From assembly GCA_001790095.1 (NCBI GenBank), contig MGBH01000001.1, positions 300,001 through 332,000 on the forward strand: a stretch of DNA of 32,000 nucleotides, read 5' to 3'. Of this stretch, positions 24,729 to 29,915 are shown piece by piece. The position numbers were made by a program, and so were the translations under genes. The notes below the pieces were generated by a model, which ran no database searches, was not told where the DNA came from, and was given only the letters and a program-made list of their open reading frames with translations. Origin of the DNA: Candidatus Saccharimonadota bacterium. Lineage in GTDB: Bacteria > Patescibacteriota > Microgenomatia > UBA1406 > GWC2-37-13. The first letter of the stretch is position 1. Each line of letters opens with the position of its first letter.

Positions 24729-24754
24729 AAAAAACCCCGCCTTTAAGCGGGGTT
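24729..24754 (-). terminator. Intrinsic terminator hairpin in the 5' leader of the racemase-GNAT operon
   Basis: Minus-strand RNA reads AACCCCGC-UUAAAG-GCGGGG-UUUUUU. It has a 6-bp all-GC stem (extendable by A-U pairs), a 6-nt loop and a U6 tract. It ends 33 nt upstream of ATG 24695. Confidence 0.6.
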
Positions 24755-24775
24755 AATGAAGTGAGACCAAACAAA

Positions 24776-24841
24776 TTACCCCGCAACAAGCGGGTGATGA
24801 TGGAGAATATCAGTTATAAAATTATAAAGTTTAAAGTCCAT
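24776..24841 (-). CDS. Candidate 21-aa leader peptide MDFKLYNFITDILHHHPLVAG
   Basis: Hand-translated: ATG GAC TTT AAA CTT TAT AAT TTT ATA ACT GAT ATT CTC CAT CAT CAC CCG CTT GTT GCG GGG TAA. The ATG lies 14 nt after the predicted -10. The three His codons abut the first GC-rich hairpin arm, and the stop codon directly follows the second arm. Confidence 0.35.
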   Translation of the reverse strand: MDFKLYNFITDILHHHPLVAG

Positions 24842-24850
24842 AAAGTTATA

Positions 24851-24870
24851 TTAGTATATTACCATACTAA
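24851..24870. promoter_or_regulatory. Inverted repeat TTAGTAT-N6-ATACTAA (candidate operator)
   Basis: It has perfect 7-bp arms and overlaps the -10 and spacer of the minus-strand promoter. Further (A)TACTAA copies occur at 24701-24706 and 24707-24713. It is adjacent to the TrpR-like yerC-family gene. Confidence 0.35.
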
Positions 24871-24884
24871 TACATCATTGTCAA
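24856..24884 (-). promoter_or_regulatory. Candidate sigma70-type promoter of the leader and racemase-GNAT operon
   Basis: On the minus strand: TTGACA (24884-24879), a 17-nt spacer ending TGG (extended -10), then TAATAT (24861-24856). Confidence 0.5.
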
Positions 24885-24906
24885 GAGAGACTTATCATGT
24901 TACAAT
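24878..24906 (+). promoter_or_regulatory. Candidate sigma70-type promoter of the yerC-like gene
   Basis: TTGTCA (24878-24883), a 17-nt spacer ending TGT (extended -10), then TACAAT (24901-24906). The ATG at 24913 is 6 nt after the -10, so the mRNA would be leaderless. The -35 overlaps the minus-strand -35 by 5 of 6 bp. Confidence 0.5.
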
Positions 24907-24912
24907 GTTTGT

Positions 24913-25230
24913 ATGAAAAAGATGAAAGACAATTTTTCAAAACCTACTCCCTATAAACCCGCAAATGCTAAAGAAAAAAGATTAATGAAGATCCTTGCTT
25001 TACTTAACAACGAGCAGGATGTAGCAAACTTGTTTCGAGACCTGCTAACACATTCTGAAATTGAAGAATTTGCCAATAGAATAGAGATACTTAGATTGCT
25101 CAAAAAAGGATTTTCCTATCAAAAAATCGCGCATGAAATTGGTTCCTCAACAACTACTGTTACACGGGTTGCTCATTGGCTATACCATGGGTCAGGTGGA
25201 TATCAAAAAATCATTGACTTTCTTGACTGA
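24913..25230 (+). CDS. TrpR-related YerC/YecD-family DNA-binding protein
   Basis: 105 aa. ILALLNNEQDVANLFRDLLTHSEIEEFANRIEILRLLKKGFSYQKIAHEIGSSTTTVTRVAHWLYHGSGGY aligns by eye along the whole length of B. subtilis YerC (..FFEDICTINEL..SQRFEVAKML...TYLDISEKTGASTATISRVNRSLNYGNDGY). Confidence 0.85.
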   Translation: MKKMKDNFSKPTPYKPANAKEKRLMKILALLNNEQDVANLFRDLLTHSEIEEFANRIEILRLLKKGFSYQKIAHEIGSSTTTVTRVAHWLYHGSGGYQKIIDFLD

Positions 25231-25248
25231 TTCTCCTATCATAAAAGT

Positions 25249-27297
25249 ATGGATACAACCAAAAGAACGTTCTTTATAACCCTTTCAGGTATACTTGTAG
25301 CGGTAGCCTCCTTTTTTGTCATTATAGCCATAATAAGAAGGTTTAATCCAGCTATTTTGCAGCCAAGGATAAACCCCCCTTCATCTATCGACGTTTCAAC
25401 CATTACTCCTCGATTTGATTCATTTAAACAGTTTGCCTCAGACGAAGAATTTATCGAGTACGTCTCATCAAACCAAGCACGTTCGAATATGGATTATTCA
25501 ACCCTTAAGATGTCAGAATCAAGAGTGATGAATGCTCCGATGACAGGTGGGGGAGATGTTGAAAGAGTGTCAGAAACAAATACTCAAGTATTTGGCATAG
25601 ACGAACCAGATATTGTGAAGACCGATGCAGAAAGTCTTTATTATTCTTTGCCATATAGATATCCATACAGAATATTGCCCCAAAAGGATGAGATCCAGTC
25701 ATTACCAGAACCAATGGTTGAACAACAGACTAAGGTAAAAAGTATAATGCCGCCTATGCCCCCCAGGGAGCAAACAGGTGGTATAGCTGTAATAGATACA
25801 TTACCTGTTGATGAGTTAAAAAAATTGACGAGTCTCAATGTATCCGGCGATCTCTTATTAGCAAAAAATATATTAGTAGTGTTTGATGAACAAAACTACG
25901 AAAAAAAGGTGATCCTAGGTTATGATGTGACCGATCCTTCAAATCCAAAAAAGAAATGGAGTATTGCTATGAAAAAAAATGTGGAAAGGGTATCTGCTCG
26001 CTTATACGGAAACAAAGTATATCTCATTAGTAAAACATATGCGCAGTCTTCAGGACCCTGTCCTATATTGTTTATGGATATTCCAGGCGGCAAGGGCATA
26101 ATACCGTGCACTGATATTTACCGTCCTCCAATGACAGTTAATGCCGATTCAGTTTATACTGCTTTTGTCATCAATCCCGTTGATGGAGAAGTAGAAAAAA
26201 ACATGTCATTTGTCGGATCGTCCAATGAGGCAACCGTATATATGTCACGCAATGCATTATATATAGGATATTATTATTCTGGAGACATGGTTGCCATAAT
26301 GTATGGTTTTATGCTGGAGAATAAAGACATGTTTTCAAACACACTCATTGAAAAATTGGGGAAAATCAAAGACTATGACATCTCACAAAGCTCAAAACTA
26401 AGCGAATTAACACAACTGCTTTCAAAGTTTACCTCATCATACGATGAAGATAAAAAATTAGCTTTTGAGAACAATCTACAAAACAGAATGAAGAAGTTTA
26501 TGGAGCTTCATAGTCGAGAGCTTGAAAGAACAGGTATTGTCAAAATTGATCTTGATTCATTTAGAATTGACGCAACTGGAGATATACCGGGAAAGGTCTT
26601 AAATCAGTTTGCCTTTGACGAATATAAAAACAATCTTCGAGTTGCAACAACCATTGGTCAAAACAGCTGGTTTGGACAATTTGGTCAGCTAACCCAATCA
26701 TTCAGTGATGTATATGTATTAAACAACTCACTAAAAGAACAAGGAGTAGTTAAAGATCTTGGAAAAACAGAAAGGATCTACTCAGTTCGCTTCATCGCTG
26801 ACAAAGGATATGTGGTGACATTTCGCCAGACAGATCCTCTCTATGTGATTGATTTGTCAAGGGCATCAAACCCCTATGTGGCTGGGCAGTTGAAGATCCC
26901 TGGATATTCAGCATATCTTCACCCCCTCACAGAAACTCTTCTGCTTGGTGTTGGAAAAGAAGGTTCTAATGTCAAGTTATCTTTATTTGATGTATCTGAT
27001 TCATCCAATCCAACAGAACTTGATACCTATATGATGAATGAGTATTGGTCAGAGGCTCTTAATAATCATCATGCCTTTTTGAGCGATGAAAAACATAGTG
27101 TAATTTTTATCCCCGGATCAAAAGGAGGATATGTGATAAGTTATTCAGACAATAAACTTTCCATGAAGAAAGCTGTTGCAGATACTCAGGTCAAGAGAGC
27201 TGTTTATATCAATGATTATTTATATGTCATTGGTGAGAATAAGATAGTAGTACTTGATGAAAACAGTTGGGATAAAGTAAAAGAACTGGAGTTATAG
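25249..27297 (+). CDS. Membrane-anchored or secreted beta-propeller domain protein (PF09826/COG4880-like)
   Basis: 682 aa with an N-terminal TM helix FFITLSGILVAVASFFVIIAII. The C-terminal region VYVLN...ERIYSVRFIADKGYVVTFRQTDPLYVIDLSRASNPYVAGQLKIPGYSAYLHPL...VKLSLFDVSDSSNP matches my recollection of the Beta_propel family signature. Confidence 0.7.
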   Translation: MDTTKRTFFITLSGILVAVASFFVIIAIIRRFNPAILQPRINPPSSIDVSTITPRFDSFKQFASDEEFIEYVSSNQARSNMDYSTLKMSESRVMNAPMTGGGDVERVSETNTQVFGIDEPDIVKTDAESLYYSLPYRYPYRILPQKDEIQSLPEPMVEQQTKVKSIMPPMPPREQTGGIAVIDTLPVDELKKLTSLNVSGDLLLAKNILVVFDEQNYEKKVILGYDVTDPSNPKKKWSIAMKKNVERVSARLYGNKVYLISKTYAQSSGPCPILFMDIPGGKGIIPCTDIYRPPMTVNADSVYTAFVINPVDGEVEKNMSFVGSSNEATVYMSRNALYIGYYYSGDMVAIMYGFMLENKDMFSNTLIEKLGKIKDYDISQSSKLSELTQLLSKFTSSYDEDKKLAFENNLQNRMKKFMELHSRELERTGIVKIDLDSFRIDATGDIPGKVLNQFAFDEYKNNLRVATTIGQNSWFGQFGQLTQSFSDVYVLNNSLKEQGVVKDLGKTERIYSVRFIADKGYVVTFRQTDPLYVIDLSRASNPYVAGQLKIPGYSAYLHPLTETLLLGVGKEGSNVKLSLFDVSDSSNPTELDTYMMNEYWSEALNNHHAFLSDEKHSVIFIPGSKGGYVISYSDNKLSMKKAVADTQVKRAVYINDYLYVIGENKIVVLDENSWDKVKELEL

Positions 27298-27298
27298 T

Positions 27299-28486
27299 TT
27301 ACTTCCAATCTGGTTTATAGTATTTTTTTCCCTTAAGGTTTTTAGGGAGATATTCTTGATCAACCACTCGCTCCACCTTCCAAGGATATCGTACATGTCC
27401 CTTACCATAACCTAATTGTTTCATGATTTTGTTTGAGGCGTTTCGTAAGTGAAGAGGAATGGGGTCGAGGTTTTTTTCATCTATATCGGAAAGCGCTTCA
27501 AAGATAGCGCTTGTTGAGGCTATAGATTTTTTTGCTGTTGCTAAATAGGTTGCGGTTTGAGCAAGTATGAGTTGCGCTTCCGGCCAACCTATCATGTGTA
27601 CCGCCTGCATACATGATGTTGCAACGACAAGCGCTGTTGGGAGTGCATTGCCGATGTCTTCACTTGCAAATATAAGCATTCTTCTTGCGATGAAAACGGG
27701 GTCTTCTCCCGCCTTTATCATCCGCGCAAGATAATGAAGAGTAGCGTCGGGATTTGATCCACGCATGGATTTGATGAATGCAGAGATAGTATCATAGTGC
27801 CAGTCACCTTTCTTATCATAATAAATAGCTTTTCGTTGAATAGCTTCCTCAGCTACTTTTAATGTGATATTTTTTGCCATTGAGGTTGCTAGCTCAACTG
27901 CATTTATAACGGTGCGCGCGTCTCCATTACTGCTTTTGACAAGGTGTTTTATAGCATCTGGAGACCATTTATGTTTTGGAAAAAGTTTAACTGCGTTTGT
28001 AATGATAGTTGTTATATCTTCATCAGACAAAGAGTTTAAGACGTATACCTGTGCTCGCGAGATAAGAGGGGCATTTACTTCAAATCCTGGGTTTTCGGTA
28101 GTCGCACCAATGAGGATGATGGTTCCATTTTCTACATGTGGCAAAAAAGCATCTTGTTGTCCTTTGTTAAAACGATGGATTTCATCCACAAATAAAATAG
28201 TTTGTTTTTTGAATAATGTTTTTTCCTTTGCATGTTTTACTATTTCACGTACTTCTGACACTCCTCCTGTGACAGCAGAAAATGAGACAAAATCTGCATC
28301 CACATAATAGGCGATAAGACGGGCAAGCGTGGTTTTACCACATCCTGGAGGCCCCCATAATATCATAGAGGTAACCTTTCCGTTTTCCAGCATTTTTCTG
28401 AACGGTTTATTTTTACCTACAAGATGTTGTTGTCCGATCACCTCAGCAAGTGTTTTGGGGCGAAGCTGTTCTGCAAGAGGGATCAT
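27299..28486 (-). CDS. rarA: Replication-associated recombination protein A (RarA/MgsA AAA+ ATPase)
   Basis: Walker A LWGPPGCGKTTLARLIA, Walker B ILFVDEIHRFNKGQQDAFLPHVENG, and the MgsA C-domain SAFIKSMRGSNPDATLHYLARMIKAGEDP. The track start at 28522 is the TTG of a -35 box. ATG 28486 (MIPLAEQLRP...) is preferred, with ATG 28495 as an alternative. Confidence 0.9.
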   Translation of the reverse strand: MIPLAEQLRPKTLAEVIGQQHLVGKNKPFRKMLENGKVTSMILWGPPGCGKTTLARLIAYYVDADFVSFSAVTGGVSEVREIVKHAKEKTLFKKQTILFVDEIHRFNKGQQDAFLPHVENGTIILIGATTENPGFEVNAPLISRAQVYVLNSLSDEDITTIITNAVKLFPKHKWSPDAIKHLVKSSNGDARTVINAVELATSMAKNITLKVAEEAIQRKAIYYDKKGDWHYDTISAFIKSMRGSNPDATLHYLARMIKAGEDPVFIARRMLIFASEDIGNALPTALVVATSCMQAVHMIGWPEAQLILAQTATYLATAKKSIASTSAIFEALSDIDEKNLDPIPLHLRNASNKIMKQLGYGKGHVRYPWKVERVVDQEYLPKNLKGKKYYKPDWK

Positions 28487-28493
28487 GACTTGC

Positions 28494-28522
28494 ATGTTAC
28501 ATGAAAAATAAAGACATGTCAA
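28494..28522 (-). promoter_or_regulatory. Candidate sigma70-type promoter of rarA
   Basis: On the minus strand: TTGACA (28522-28517), a 17-nt spacer, then TAACAT (28499-28494). ATG 28486 follows after 7 nt, so the mRNA would be leaderless. Confidence 0.5.
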
Positions 28523-28537
28523 GAACGATTGTTCACT

Positions 28538-28575
28538 AACGGGGTGCTGTCAGCAACAGAAGATTGCACCCCGTT
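28538..28575 (-). terminator. GC-rich stem-loop between trpB and rarA (possible terminator without a U-tract)
   Basis: AACGGGGTGC (28538-28547) pairs perfectly with GCACCCCGTT (28566-28575) across an 18-nt loop. It lies 11 nt after the trpB stop on the minus strand. No T-run follows it on either strand. Confidence 0.3.
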
Positions 28576-28586
28576 TGAATAGTCGA

Positions 28587-29798
28587 TTATTTTAAGAACG
28601 TTTCATATACGTGTTCAACGTCTTTATCTCCTCGTCCTGATAGATTAATGATAATTACATCATCTTTCTTCATTTTTTTTGCAAGTAGTACCCCATAATG
28701 TACCGCGTGAGCTGATTCAAGAGCGGGGATAATACCTTCTGTTTTTGAAAGCTCAACAAATGCGTTTACTGCCTGTTTATCTGTTGCGTTAACACACGTC
28801 AATCTCTTAGTGGTTTTCAGAAAAGATAATTCTGGTCCAACTCCAGGATAGTCTAGTCCTGATGCGGCACTGTAAGATTCAGCTATGTTTCCATCTTTAT
28901 CCTGTAAGGTCAAGGTTTTGAATCCATGGATTAAGGTCACTTTGCCCTTTCCTAGCGATAAACCATGACGATTGGAGTCTTCTCCTTTTCCTGCGGGTTC
29001 AACAGCAATTAAGACAACTTCTTTATCAGGTAAAAATGCGAAAAAAGCCCCCATTGCATTGCTACCTCCGCCAACACAGGCAACAACAGCCTTTGGAAGT
29101 TTACCCTCTTTTTTTAATATCTGAATCCTCGCTTCCTTCCCTATTATTTTCTGAAAGTCACGTACCATAACGGGATAGGGGTGTGGTCCGACAGCTGATC
29201 CCAAAAGATAATATGAATCAGGCTCTTTGACGTATGCGGTAAGAGCTGCGTCTACTGCGTCTTTTAGTGTACTTTGACCTTGGGTAACAGTAATTACGTT
29301 TGCCCCCAGGATTTTCATACGGTATACGTTTGGTTTTTGTGCGTCTATATCACGTGCACCCATATAGATATCGCACCTCATTCCAAAGTATGCAGCAATC
29401 GTTGCGGTTGCCACTCCGTGTTGTCCTGCTCCTGTTTCGGCAATGAGTTTCTTTTTACCCATATGATAGGCGATCAATCCTTGGCCTATACAATTGTTTA
29501 TTTTATGTGCCCCCGTGTGGTTTAAGTCTTCTCGCTTGAGGTATATCTTTGCTCCCCCTATTTTATTGGTCAGGTTTTGGGCAAAGTAAAGATTGCTTGG
29601 TCGACCTGCATATTCTTTATACATAGCATGAAGCTCATTTTGAAAAGACCTGTTTTTTCGCAATTGGTAATATTTTTGTGTGAGAATTTTTAACGCGCTT
29701 TCAAGCTCAGGTGGAACAAAACGCCCGCCAAATTCTCCAAAATAACCGTTTTTATCAGGTAAAGAATGTGTTTGCATAGTTAATTGTTTAGTTGTCAT
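28587..29798 (-). CDS. trpB: Tryptophan synthase beta chain (TrpB1-type)
   Basis: Motifs seen are GYFGEFGGRFVPPEL, the PLP-lysine motif HTGAHKINN, and GGGSNAMG. The track start at 29852 is a TTG inside a palindrome. ATG 29798 or ATG 29777 gives a normal ~400-aa TrpB. Confidence 0.9.
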   Translation of the reverse strand: MTTKQLTMQTHSLPDKNGYFGEFGGRFVPPELESALKILTQKYYQLRKNRSFQNELHAMYKEYAGRPSNLYFAQNLTNKIGGAKIYLKREDLNHTGAHKINNCIGQGLIAYHMGKKKLIAETGAGQHGVATATIAAYFGMRCDIYMGARDIDAQKPNVYRMKILGANVITVTQGQSTLKDAVDAALTAYVKEPDSYYLLGSAVGPHPYPVMVRDFQKIIGKEARIQILKKEGKLPKAVVACVGGGSNAMGAFFAFLPDKEVVLIAVEPAGKGEDSNRHGLSLGKGKVTLIHGFKTLTLQDKDGNIAESYSAASGLDYPGVGPELSFLKTTKRLTCVNATDKQAVNAFVELSKTEGIIPALESAHAVHYGVLLAKKMKKDDVIIINLSGRGDKDVEHVYETFLK

Positions 29799-29823
29799 TC
29801 CCGTAAAGACGGGAACCCAGACT

Positions 29824-29870
29824 AGAATATTAATAACAATTATTTGTTTCAATTTAATATTAAATTGAAA
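29824..29870 (-). promoter_or_regulatory. 24-bp perfect palindrome overlapping a candidate trpB promoter
   Basis: The palindrome TTTCAATTTAAT|ATTAAATTGAAA spans 29847-29870. On the minus strand its TTGAAA (29852-29847) is followed by a 17-nt spacer and TATTCT (29829-29824). Confidence 0.3.
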
Positions 29871-29915
29871 CTGAGGGTTTAGATGCGCCAGCAGTATTTG
29901 GAGTAGAGGAAGGGT

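Noticed and set aside
24733-24754. The CCCCGC/GCGGGG hairpin read as a plus-strand terminator.
   Set aside because: On the plus strand it is followed by AATGAAG rather than a T-run, and no plus-strand gene ends upstream of it. The U6 tract exists only on the minus strand.
27864-28307. A 147-aa ORF on the plus strand.
   Set aside because: It is antisense to the AAA+ core of rarA, whose Walker A and B motifs are unambiguous on the minus strand.
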